A stretch of DNA of 64,000 nt from Adineta vaga (GCA_021613535.1 CP075495.1:3906001-3970000), one strand, 5' to 3'. Counted from the stretch's first letter, positions 15,360 to 28,008 are shown. Notes: generated from the sequence alone by a model not told the origin. A program made the numbers and translations.

Positions 15360-17322
15360 CATGTTTTTCTTATGAATTTCTTTGACTTAATATTTCACAA
15401 TAAGATTTCTCACGACGAGAGGAAAAGTATCGTGCCGATCACGAGAAAATATATTTGAAATTGGAAGAAAACAACGAGGTGGATGTTCGGCAATCGATGT
15501 TTTTACACAATACTAATATTATTCGTATAAAGAAGGAAATTGTGCCGTAGATTGTAAGAACGAAGAAATGAAAAGAGCAGAAGAAGAGGAGAAAAAAAAG
15601 TAGAATACCGTCATTTTACATATAATGAGTGAGAATACTAAAGAATGAATGAGACGTGTCGTTTCTTTGATTTATTCACGCATCATGAAGAAAAAAGAAA
15701 AGAACTGTGGATAATCACGACCTAGTCTGAAACTTCAATTCCAGCAAAATAATTAATTAAAAGTGTGAATAATTTTATTGATCTTTATCTGAAATCTGAC
15801 GTTATGAAAATGTTAGTCTAGAGAAAGAAGAATTGTTTCTGTACGTCAAGTATCTATTCTTTTGTTTCTATTCGATGAAATTTTCTAATAAAGAAAGAAA
15901 AGAAACTATTATTTACATGATGACAACATAACATTCAAAAGAACGAGAAAATCAAATATATAAGTACAGGTAAAAAGAAACATGTTCTAAACATCATATA
16001 ATCATCATCATCTGATTCGTAAAACTTACTTTTTCTTTGTTTTTATATTGTAATTATCAGCCGAAATCATCATGCGTTTTCTTTCCAAAATATAGAAATT
16101 AACTTAGAGTGCAAAAATATCTCTTCTATATAACATTGAAGGACATACATATATATATATATACTAACCAATGAATGAATCAATCAAGCATGAAAGATAC
16201 GTCATTGACACAAAGAATTATTTATTTGATTGATTGATAGGTATGATAATAATTATGAAACTTAGGTGCTTATTCTTGTACTGATTCTCTTTAAAGTACT
16301 CTAAGGTTATATTTACTGAACGTACAGACGATAGAAATGATCAATGAACGAAATATAATTAAAAGAAAACATTGATTTTTAAAAGTACTTTTGAAGTTTC
16401 TTCGCTTAGAAAGGAAAGTAATCAATTTATTTCCTCATCAAATCAAATTTGAAATATGTCTAGAAGAAAAGAATTATTAACATACATTGTTTTTTTGAAG
16501 ATCCAGGTAGCAAAAAAGATGATTATAGTAACTGCATAGATAGTTGGTGACATAGTATTCATCGAATGATGATATTGAAAAGATGTTGAAGATTTTTTCA
16601 TTATTATAAACAAAAATATTAGTTTAATAGACGATTGATTTTTGTTTTCCGAAGAAAGAATTCAATGTGTCTTATCTGCTCGATGTACCATAATACTTTC
16701 GTCTCCAACTGATGTCAATCAGTTATCGATAGAATCGAGGGATTGCGGATATATAAGATTATTAAGAGGAGAAGAAGAATAAGAAGAAAAATACAGACAG
16801 TCTATGAATAAAGACATTTGTTCGACGACTCATTGGTAAAGAACTAGTACACGTCAACAGACTTCCTACTGTTGAATAATATTTGTTGGTAAAGTAACAT
16901 ATTGTTTTTCTCATTAGGAGAAATGAGAATAATAACTGTCTTGTGCTCGTTCTTAGTTATCAGTTATTTATCAGCGAAGAATCAATTTTCTTGACGTAGA
17001 AAGCTGTTAATTGCTATTTACCTCTCGTACTGATATTGTCAGGATGGTTTAGCAATTCAACGAAAGCATAACATAAATCAGAAGAAAAGAACAGTAATCA
17101 GTATGCCTATGGCATCATAACATTTTGGTTACTTAGTTCAGTGGAATTAGATTACGAGATTTTTTTATCAAGAAAGAAGAAGAGAAAGACGATGCTGTAT
17201 GTAGTAATTGGCGCCTTGTAGACAGAAAGTTTTCAATGAAAAAGAAAATAATAATATAAAAAAAAGATATTTCCGATTCGTATAATCTTTTTTTCTTCTT
17301 TTTTTGATTCATTTCGAAAAAA

Positions 17323-19354
17323 ATGTCGATTCAACGTACAGCTGAATCAGCTTTACATTCATTAGAAGAGCTCTATAGAGCAATAGATTCAGCAAGTCAA
17401 CAATCGAGTCCAATGTCAATGGATGAGAGTGAAAATCTTGTACAAGCACTTTGTAATCTTTCTCAATTAATTCAACATATCAATCATACGGGTATGTGTG
17501 ATCAAACATCAATGATGACTACACATATTGATTCCAATCAATTTCATCAAAAAAGAAAACCTCAAACGTTTTTCACTCCTCATTTGAATCACTATGATGA
17601 AAATATATACACGAATTCAGTACCTATTGAACAATCATTACCAATTGAACAACCTTATGGTGAATGTATATTGTATCATCCGATACGTATCATTACAATG
17701 AATGCTGATCAATCGATAATGTCATATGAAAATGATTATTTTAGAAAAGATAGACATCAACGGAAAGATCATGCTCATACAAAACGTAAGCAATCGATAG
17801 AGAGATCAGTTCCTATGAAAAATAAAATATAAACTGATGTCAGTTGATATGAGACATGACAAAAGTTCTTTATTCATATATAAGTACTTTGTATATTGAT
17901 TCATTTAAATTAATATTTGTTTTCGTTCATAGATTTTCCATATGGTAGGCATATGAAGACAAATAGAAGAAGAAAAAGAATGTCACGAAGTCATGACCAT
18001 CATTCTAAAACAAGTCTTTCTCGAAGTATTTACTTTGAATGTCTTTTTTTTTCCTTGCATTCCTATCATAGGAAGTCGTCGTAGTGGGTCGAGAAGTTCT
18101 CATCTATCACGACAAAGTCGACGATCAAGTCATGCTCGACGTAATATAAGAAACTGATAGGAAAGAAAGCGTTTAAGAACGCATTGTTTCTTGGTTTTCG
18201 AAAGGAAGTCAAACACATGATCGAAGTTTGAAATCAAGTCGTCGATCGACTCGTAGTTCAAAAAGTAGACATCGACGACGATCATACAGTCATGGACGTC
18301 GTAAGTGTTTATTAGTTGAGAGTACTTATTATGGAATATTTTACTTTTCAGAAAGTCGATCAAGTCAGAGAAATAATCGACGATCTCGTTCAAGTCAACG
18401 TAAGACTAGCATAGAATTCTAATACACACATGCAATCGTTTAATAGGTCGCAGTCAAAGTCGCCGACGTAGTTCACACAGTAAATAGATCAAATATTTTG
18501 TTGAAGAAACATAATGCTTTCATTGTATATTGTTTTATTGTAGAGCATCGATCATCTCATCGAAAATATCAGTGAGAATTTTCGACTATTTGACTAAACA
18601 TCTTGTATCTATATTGTAGATAAATATTGATACATGTTTTCTTGTAGTGATCGTCAGATACCTTCTCGTCCAGTACCAACGGATTCTTCATATCCTTCCA
18701 ATCAAATTAGTTCAACATCAGCTGGAAATCAGCCATCATCTCAACAGGAACAACAAACTTACATTCGATCTCTACCATCATCTGCTCCAAGACCAAAAAA
18801 TAGTTCTAGTTCTGTTTTACCAAATTCATTGTTTAATCCAACCATTCCTCTTCCTCCTCCACCGCCCGTCTCTTCCCTACATAATTCTCATCTATCAGCA
18901 AATTTACCAGTGCATGGTAGTCGTAATCCAACATCTAACTCAATGATCAACCCATTGAGTGCACAATCATCTGTACAACAACAAATATCTCTACCAACAA
19001 CAGATTCACAACAACCATCCACTGATAATGGTATTTTATCGTCGAATTTTGTATCACATCCAACCACGGATGGTTTACTCACATCACGATCAGATAATTG
19101 TCCAGAATGTCGTGCTATTACGTAAGTTTGATTGATATAAATATAAATATAGTTTTCTTTATACGAAATAACACTTTTATAGACGTCTTCTTCAATGGGC
19201 ACCATTAAAATGTTATGATGCTGCTGGTATCCGACGTGGTGTTTTTCTAGCTGGTCCAAAAAGTGAACAATTACTCAAAGCACTCTATTCATCCATAAAA
19301 GATTCATCATTTTCATTAGATAATACTGAAGATTGTTTATGTGATAATGAATAA
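17323..19354 (+). CDS. Uncharacterised Arg/Ser-rich protein built from many micro-exons, Pro/Ser-rich region and Cys-containing C-terminus
   Basis: Series of short RS-coding exons at 18000-18570; exon 18649-19121; last exon RLLQWAPLKCYDAAGIRRGVFLAGPKSEQLLKALY...CLCDNE*. Linkage of the first ORF to the rest is inferred. Confidence 0.6.
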
Positions 19355-19958
19355 AAATAATTTCTACTACATTTTTCATTTCTTATTCATAAAAATACCT
19401 ATCCTATTAAATATAAGTTTAATATGTTAACTCTGTCCCACTCTTTCCAATAAATAAGGAAATAATAGGTACACGCAATTTACAATAGAAATTTTTTACT
19501 TACTTAATTTTTGATCAAATAATCATGATCATTCTAATCTATGTCATAAACAACAAAAACTCAAATTCCTACGATGACTTGGCTTAAACACATCGTTCGA
19601 TATAATCTCTTCACGTTTTGTTGTTTTTTTGTCTATTAATTGAAGAAATTATGTTTTAATTTAGATACTGAAAAAGTCAGGTTCGAACTTGTATATACTA
19701 CATGTTAACCTTCTCGAAGATTATGTCGAATTTTTGTCTAATGAAATTACAAAGGTTAGACATTAGGTAGACGTCAAGGACACTGATTTCTTCTTGTTTC
19801 GTACGTGTCAATGTACGAATATTTGTCTATAGATTATAGACATCTCTATGAGCATAAGACATAGTTAAAACGTCGTGTATCATTACACTATTCGACTACA
19901 TTTGCATTTTACATTTGTCGACAAGACACATATCTCTTAGACAACAACGAAAAAAATC

Positions 19959-21113
19959 ATGCTTACTGTTAGTTTATTATTAATTTCACTTGTCAGCAGC
20001 GTTGGTAAGGATGATAAAGAAAAAGAAAAGCATTTTCATATTTAAATAATTTTATATTCATTAATCTAGCTGGCAATTGTTTGGTTGGTGGTCGATGTGG
20101 AGCTGGCCTCTGCTGTTCAGCATTTGGCTTCTGTGGATCAGGTGCTGGATTTTGTGGTGCAGTTGTTGCCTATCCTACTCGTGATTGTCGAGTTTCAGGT
20201 TGTGGTGCTGGTTATTGTTGTTCAGCTTATGGCTAGTATGTAGTCTTTTTTTCCTAAGGAAAATAGATTCTTTTATAAATCATGATTGTTTCTCTTTGTC
20301 AAAACTAGTTGTGGTACAACAGCTTCATACTGTGTTGGTGCTCCACCTGCTCCAGCTTTTGGTAATTGTCGAACAACTGGTTGTCCAGCTGGTACATGTT
20401 GTTCACAATATGGATAGTATGAGAAAATTTCTAAATTAAAAACAAAATATTTACGATAATATTTTGTTATCTATAGTTGTGGATCAACAGCTGCTCATTG
20501 TGGTGTTGTCACCTATGGTAACTGTGGTTATACAGCATGCGGTGCTGGTCTCTGTTGTACACGATATGGCTAGTAAGTGATAACGAAAAGCATTGTTTTC
20601 CTACAATTATATTTTTTTATCTTTTTGAATAGTTGTGGTAGCGCTGGTGCTTATTGTTCAGTACAAAAATCCATGAGTGATAAAGAACCAGCGTCAATTG
20701 AAGGTGAATTTGAAGGTCAAGCTACATATTATAATGAAACTCAAGTTGGTTCTGATTATTCCACATGTGGTATCGAACGAGCACGTTCATTAGACGAAGA
20801 AGATCAAAAAATCTATACAGCTGCTCTCAATCAAATTCAATTCGATCCATACACAGTTGATGGTATTGCTAGTAACAATCCAATCTGTCAAAAGAAAGCC
20901 TTAGTAAAAGGTCCACAAGGCGAAATTATTGTTCGATTCGTTGATCGATGCCCACATTGTCTTGAAGGTAAATCTCATTATTAAAATTAATTTTTAATTT
21001 TTAATCTTTTATCTTTGATTCTAGGTGATATTGCTTTGAATGAAGAAGCTTTTCTTGCTATTAATGGTGAACTTGGTACTGGTCGAACAAATGTTGAATG
21101 GAAATTTATTTAA
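19959..21113 (+). CDS. Secreted protein: signal peptide + 4 hevein/CBM18 chitin-binding repeats + RlpA-like double-psi beta-barrel (expansin/loosenin/barwin-like)
   Basis: [16 protein letters not shown] signal. Four C-x4/5-C-x4-CC[ST]x[FY]G[FY]CG-x5-C repeats. Then GQATYY...STCG...AALN...[11 protein letters not shown]...[10 protein letters not shown]...EAF...VEWKF. Confidence 0.9.
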
Positions 21114-21498
21114 AGAAAAGAAATAAAAGACACTTGAGAGAAAAAAATAATTAAATAAAAGAACTTAGCAGGCTATTTCTTTTTCTCCTTTTCTTCTTCT
21201 TCTTCATCATCATCTGTTCTTTTAATATGATTATATACCGATAGATTTCTTTGATTCTATTCTCTCTCTCTCTGATATTAATAAAAAGATTATTATCGAA
21301 AACACATCGACGTCATGTCATCTACCATTCTCTACATGACACTGATAAAGAAAGATGAGTAGCTGTCTCTAAGGATCAATCCTCTCTATGATAGAGAAAA
21401 AAGAATTTAATTAACTTTTTTTTCTTTTTCCACATTACTTTTCGTGCCTATAGAAAAGATAGAGCGGAGAGGAAGAACGGTATCAACATTAACAAACT

Positions 21499-24400
21499 AT
21501 GGTGTATGGAATTCTACTAGAGAGTGTTGTTCGAAATTTTATTTTGGAAAAGTATGATAAAATACTTTTGGAACAAATTGAAGAATACGTTCAATATTCT
21601 TTTTCAAATTTAAATCTATTCGATCTTTATGACGATAATTTAATGATCAAAATATCAGAAGGTATGAAAATTTTTCTTATAGATCTCTTTCTAAGTGATA
21701 AAAGTTTGAAGAATTCAAGGAGAAAATCATCATTTATCGAGAGAGATACGGCTGAAAAAAGAAATATATTTGAGTAAGTCGACTAAACATCCGCTATCAT
21801 CTCCGATCTATAAATGTGTGAGATAAAAATCAGTACAAATTCTAGTAAAAAAAAGCGCATCGAGAATTTATTTAAGATGATTTACGGTATGCTACTTGAA
21901 AGTTGTCGAGATGGTGTCTGTGAAGTATATGGACAAACCATATGGAAACGAATAGTACAGGAATTAAATTTCGAACATGAATCATTTACTACATTAGGTC
22001 GATATGATGAAACATTGATTGAAAAAGTTGCAGAATGTAAGAGAGATTAGTTCGAATAGATATTTAATGAGTACATTTTCTTCTTTTAGGTTTATCTGAA
22101 ATCTTACATGAAGGTGGACCTGATCTATATATGCAATTTTTTGGTGAATGTTTTGTGAAATTTTTTACCAATTATGGGTATGATAAAATTCTTCGTGTAG
22201 CTGGACGACATTTTCGAGATTTTCTTCATTCAATTGATCAATTACATGATTCGACAAGATTTAGTTTTCCTAAAATGAAATCACCACTATTTCATGTTAC
22301 GGAAGAAGATGACAATGGTGCTATTTTACATTATAAGTAAGTTTTTTTCGGTAAAAGTTTGGTATATGGAAAACAAAAGCTTTTAGATCAAAACGACGAG
22401 GTTTTCAACGATATATTGTTGGACAATTGAAAGAATGTGCATCAAGATTCTTTAAAGAAGATATTTTTGTTCGTGTTCAAGATGATATTTCATCCAATGA
22501 ATGTAAGATTTGAGTTTTCTATGAATTAAAATCATCGAAATTAAGAAAAATTTCAGATACACATATTGTTTTTCGTGTGGATTTTAATAATTTCATGGCA
22601 CGTTCAATGGAACGACGTCTTATGCAAGGTCCAAAATTACCTGATGTGACAAGTGCAACATTTTTCAAAGTAAAACGACACGATGTTTTTCTACTCATCT
22701 CTCAGTAGGAGATTTATTCTAGAAAAAAAAGGAGAATAGTCTTAAACGACAATAGTTGTCTATTAAGAAGAAAAAAAAAGATATTTATTTGATTTATTTC
22801 AGGTATTTCCATTTGCTATCTTACTTGATCCACAAATGCGTATCTATCATCTGGGACATTCAATAAAACATGTCTTTCCAGCTGATACAGCTTTAATTGG
22901 TCGTCATTTAGAAGATGTTTTTCGTCTTGTTCGACCGGATATATTACTTGAATGGAGTCGAGTTCGTTTTCTTTTTGAACTTAAGAGTTTTCTATCACGA
23001 GATCTTCTCTTTTTTGTCCTTATTAGGTACTCTCATATGGCCGACATATTGTCTTTGTTATTGAAAGTAAAATTCCGCTTCGTCCAAATCGATCAACAGG
23101 TACAAAAAAGGCGTCTTCAAATAATTCACAAATTCGTCTCAAAGGACAAATGAAATTAATTACTGCTTGGAATATGATCGTTTTTCTTTGTCATCCAGTG
23201 TATGTTATTGAATGGAATAAAAATTATTTTATTTCGTTTTTTTGTAAATCATTTCTCTACAAAATTTAGATTAACAACAACGGAAGAAATGCTTTCTGTT
23301 GGTTTATTTTTACATGATTTAAATTTTTATGATGGAAGTAGTGAAATTCTTATAGCTGGTATGCAACATGCGCGATCATTACAAGCCGCTATTGATAAAC
23401 AACATGCTTGGATAACAAAATTACAAAGTTCAAAATTAGAATTACAAGAATGGCGTCGAAAAGGTAGACGTCTTCTTTATTCAATGATGCCAAGACATAT
23501 TGCACAAATGTTACAAGAAGGTGTTCTAGCCAATTCGATCTGTGAAGTAAGACAAACATGATCCGATCTAACTTGAGTACATTTGTTTCATTTTTAGTCT
23601 CATAAATTATTAACCGTTCTTTTTGCTTATTCAATTGATTTTAAAGACGTTGTACAAAAATTAGATCCTCAACAAATTGTTGAATCAATCAATGCAACAG
23701 TGAATGCATTTGATCAATGTGCAGAACATTTCGATGTATTTAAAGTTGAAACGAAAGCGGATTCATCATATATGGTTGTTGCTGGCATACAAGATCGATC
23801 CGTTCAACCACAACGACGAGAATCAACAACCGTATAGTTACTTTTTCTTTTGTTATTCATTCATATGAAAATTAATTAATTCAAATCCGTTTGTTTGTTT
23901 CTTTTTTCAATAGAGTCAATCATCAACATATAGTTTTTCTCTAATGGACGAATTAGTAACCGATATGAAAAATCCATTAGGTCTTAATCACGCAGAAATT
24001 GTTGCTGGTTTAGCCATTGAATTAGTGAAAAGTTCGAAACGTGTGATCAATCCTATAACAAAACAGCCATTTCGAGTTAAATTCGGTAGAGAAAAATTCT
24101 TCTTCCTGTTCTATTTTTATGTCAAAATATCGTCAAAATAGGTTTTCATTCCGGTCCTGCTGTTGGTGGAATTGTTGGAGCAAAAAATTTCCAATATTGT
24201 TTATTTGGTGATACGATTAATACAGTAAAAGAAGCACAAAGTTTACAAATAAGACTTATCCTTTTTTTATCGTAAATACTTTTAGGCTAGTCGTATAACA
24301 ACAACAGGAGAAGTAGGATACTATTCACATTTCTAAATTTAGACTTTGATAAATGCTTTAGCCTGGACGAATTCATCTAAGTGATACATCATATGCATTA

Positions 24401-24821
24401 TTAAAAGATTCCCTATATTTCGAAACTGAATATAAAGGCAAAACTGAATTAAAGGTGAATCGATAGTCACTATCTTCTTGTGTAATTATGCATATAACGA
24501 AAAGAAAATCTTCATTTTTAGGGTAAGGGTTCTGTTGAAACTTATTGGTTAATTGGAACGAAATCAGCATATACAAATATAATTGAGCAAGATCCTTATG
24601 ACTTATATGACGAAGATGAATCTTCCAAACTTACTTTTCAACAATCCCATGTATTCGAAACATCTCAAAAACGATCGTTCAATCATTCACCAATTGACCA
24701 TCAACCAACACTGAGTCGAAAAACATCGAATGCGAATAGTATCAATAAACGAGCATCGGTTGTTGTTGGTCAATGTCCATTTAGTGGTCATAAAATTGAA
24801 GTTCAACCAATTGGTATATAA
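21499..24821 (+). CDS. Atypical soluble guanylate cyclase (H-NOX, PAS, coiled coil, cyclase), Gyc-88E/89D class, with two alternative first exons
   Basis: M[VI]YG[IM]LLES start; FTNYGYDKILRVAGRHFRDFLHSIDQLH (proximal His); YKSKR (YxSxR); LLYSMMPRHIA; FKVET; GFHSGPAVGGIVG; YCLFGDTINTASR. Confidence 0.92.
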
Positions 24822-25185
24822 ATATGAAGGAAACTTAAACAAACTTGCTTTGACATCCTATTCAATGTTGTATCTATTTTTCTTCCGAAATAAATTTATT
24901 CAAGGACATACATTTTCTTTGTGTTTTGACAAAAACACTTCGTCATTGCACGTTTCCTTCAAAGGTTATCTCATATATAATACAAAAAGGAAGAAAATAA
25001 ATTATAAAACTAGTTTGATTAATATCATAAAACTATATAAAGTTGTTACTAAAAAAACAAAACATTATTTTTCATTGCTATTTTAACTTCATATAATTAA
25101 TTAGACATTTCATTTTTTCACATGTTTTTGTTCCTATCGCTATCAGCGAAATTTTTCTTTTTCACATATATAGGTAAGTATGTTG

Positions 25186-25229
25186 ACGACAACAACAACA
25201 ACGGTAATAACAACAACAACAACAACAAC
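25186..25229. repeat. Imperfect (CAA)n microsatellite
   Basis: Runs of caacaacaa interrupted once. Confidence 0.8.
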
Positions 25230-25627
25230 ACCATTAGTATCGTGATCGATACCTTTAAGCAAATCAAGTTATCAATCGATGCGCATCATTGACGTTTAAC
25301 TTTTTCTGTCTTATTAAAATATACAGAAACAACATATGACATCATTGGTTATATTTCCGTATTAATATTTTCTTGTTGTTCCTTTCAGATTCAATAACTA
25401 TACGTAACGAAATGGGGAAAATATCTTATTCACTATTTCATGCAAATATTATATGTATATATGATGTCTTTGATAATTAGTCATTGTCATGATCGGTGTC
25501 TATTCAAATGATATACTATTTTTTTTAACACGCATGATCGAACACCTTTATATATAGTTTTATGTATTTCTTCCGTCTGTTTTTTTCGATTTTTTTTCAA
25601 AAGAAGATTCGATTTGATAATATTTAA

Positions 25628-26554
25628 ATGTTAAGTCAGAGATATCCGCCTTATTCGAATGATAAGAAGAATTATTTATCGAAGAGAAGATTTTTTAAAA
25701 AATATGAACATTTAAATCCTAATTATAAAGCACAAGCAGATCCAGCTTATAAAGCACAATATAATTATGATTTACGTTTAATTATTTTACGACATGCAGA
25801 ACGTGTTGATCAATTTCTTGGTCAAGATTGGTATGATCAAGTTTTTGGTGGTGTTCCATCAGCACCATCACAAGCATATCGACATCCAATGTTACCTCAA
25901 CGATTACCACCACGTCCAAATACATTACTTTATGTATTTGATCCTCCGATTACACGTACGGGTGAACAATATTCTACCTCTAAAGGACAACAACTAAGTC
26001 GAGTTGGTGCTATCGCTGATTATTGTTATTCATCACCTGCATCTCGAAGTGTTCTAACTGCTAATGCTATTTTAAAAGGGATGAATCGTACCAATGTACC
26101 TATTCGTCTCGAACCATATTTATTTGAACCAATGAATTGGAATTCAGCTCTCTTATTACTTGATCAAATGAATCCATTTATGTCAACAGCTGAATGGAAA
26201 AAAACAGGCTATAATATAGATCAACGTTATCATCGATTGAATAATTATATAAATACAAATGAAAATGAAACAGGTTATTATATTCGATCTCGGAATGTAT
26301 TCGATGCTATCGAACGTCATCATGGTGATAGTTTACCTCGAGTTCATTATGGGCAATCACCCAGAAGACGTACAACTATATTAATTGTTGGTCATGCTTC
26401 ATCAACAGAGATGTTTTCAACGATTGCATTACGGCAACCTTTCGATGCCAAGGAATTAGTTGATCAATCGGCAAAAGTTTCATATTTACATTCCGTCGTA
26501 CTTGAACGTGATGCTTATACTCGTACATGGTATTTACGTCCATTTTTGCTTTAA
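25628..26554 (+). CDS. Histidine phosphatase, UBASH3/STS/ecdysteroid-phosphate-phosphatase-like domain, intronless
   Basis: LIILRHAERVD, DPPIT, YSSPASRSVLTA, IRLEPYLFE, ILIVGH. Confidence 0.88.
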   Translation: MLSQRYPPYSNDKKNYLSKRRFFKKYEHLNPNYKAQADPAYKAQYNYDLRLIILRHAERVDQFLGQDWYDQVFGGVPSAPSQAYRHPMLPQRLPPRPNTLLYVFDPPITRTGEQYSTSKGQQLSRVGAIADYCYSSPASRSVLTANAILKGMNRTNVPIRLEPYLFEPMNWNSALLLLDQMNPFMSTAEWKKTGYNIDQRYHRLNNYINTNENETGYYIRSRNVFDAIERHHGDSLPRVHYGQSPRRRTTILIVGHASSTEMFSTIALRQPFDAKELVDQSAKVSYLHSVVLERDAYTRTWYLRPFLL

Positions 26555-26904
26555 GATTTGATAAGAAAATAGAAGAAACGTCTTGATTTTTTTCATGTAA
26601 AGAAAAAAAAATTATAGATAAACATTTATAGAAATAAAAGAAAGAGAAAGTATGTAAGATATGCTATGATAAAATGTCATTCACAACAAAATTTATATCG
26701 ATTATATGAATCTATGAAAAGAAAAAATAACGATAACCTTCAATGCTATGCAAAATCTGTTTACACTCGTGAAATCAAGCGAGAGAGAAAAAAAATGGAT
26801 ACATGATGACTGTACGTATACAGGTGTTTTCATGTTTATACACAAGAGAACGAGCGAAACGTAATGAGTATACAGTTAAAAGATAGTTTTACTTGGTGAG
26901 GGTG

Positions 26905-28008
26905 ATGAATAATATTAATAGTGATAAATCGGCAGTGACCGAACAAACGACTGATGATGATTTATTACCCGTCGGTGTTAATTCTCTCTCCGATTATACA
27001 CCAAATAAACTTTATCTTCTTGTATCATCATCGGTACCTGTTGATATAACAACATCTTCCGGAGTAATAACACAGAGTAATAGTAATAATAATAATAATG
27101 ATCTTGTACCACAAAGACGTTCATCGAAAAAACGAAGTTTCATTCGTTATCTTATACCAATTAGTCGTACACGATCATCATCAATTCCTACTGATCGTCA
27201 TAAATTTGATGCACAATCATTTCCCTACTATCAACAACCACGAGCATCAATACAACCAATTGATCCATGTGATATGCGCTTTTTAATTATTCGTCATGGT
27301 GAACGTGTTGATCGATATTTTGGTTCAAATTGGTATCTGACAGCATTTGATCAAAACGAACAATATCGTCCTTATCATCGAAATTTTCCTTCAAGTTTAC
27401 CATTGCGAGCTAATCGATATTTTTGGGCTATTGACACACCTCTCACATCAGCTGGTTTAAATGCTGCTGAACAACTGGGTCGAGTATTTCAATCAAAATA
27501 TTTTCATCCTAATTATGCATATTCATCACCAGCAATGCGTTGTGTTTTAACAACAATTCAAATTTTAAAAGGTCTCGGATTAGAAAATAAAATTCCAATT
27601 CGTATTGAACCTGGCCTATTAGAATTAGGTGCTGCAAGATTTGGTATGAATATATTTTTTCAACCAACAGATTGGCATAAATATGGTATCAATGTAGATT
27701 TATCTTATCAACCAATTCTTACAAATATTCCTCCATACGAACGTGAAGATGGATATTACCTTCGATCAAAACAAGTCATACGTGAAATAGAAAGACGTCA
27801 TAATGAATCACTATCTGAACTACAAAACATTCTTCTTATTGCGCATGCAACATCACCTGAAACGTTAACATGGGATTTAATTGGTAAACAACCGAATATT
27901 GGTGATCTTTATCGACTTTCATTAAATATATCCTATTTACAAACGGTAATAACTGAACGTCATCAAGAAAATAAATTCTGGTCTGTAAAACCAATAAGAT
28001 GGTCTTAA
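26905..28008 (+). CDS. Histidine phosphatase, UBASH3/STS-like domain, intronless tandem paralogue
   Basis: FLIIRHGERVDRYFGSNW, DTPLT, YSSPAMRCVLT, IRIEPGLLE, ILLIAH. Confidence 0.9.
   Translation: MNNINSDKSAVTEQTTDDDLLPVGVNSLSDYTPNKLYLLVSSSVPVDITTSSGVITQSNSNNNNNDLVPQRRSSKKRSFIRYLIPISRTRSSSIPTDRHKFDAQSFPYYQQPRASIQPIDPCDMRFLIIRHGERVDRYFGSNWYLTAFDQNEQYRPYHRNFPSSLPLRANRYFWAIDTPLTSAGLNAAEQLGRVFQSKYFHPNYAYSSPAMRCVLTTIQILKGLGLENKIPIRIEPGLLELGAARFGMNIFFQPTDWHKYGINVDLSYQPILTNIPPYEREDGYYLRSKQVIREIERRHNESLSELQNILLIAHATSPETLTWDLIGKQPNIGDLYRLSLNISYLQTVITERHQENKFWSVKPIRWS

Noticed and set aside
15084-17300. Low-complexity ORFs and a possible ncRNA in the long intergenic region (also 58024-59533)
   Set aside because: The ORFs run through TA/CT microsatellites with AT-driven composition, and no tRNA, rRNA or snRNA signature was recognisable.
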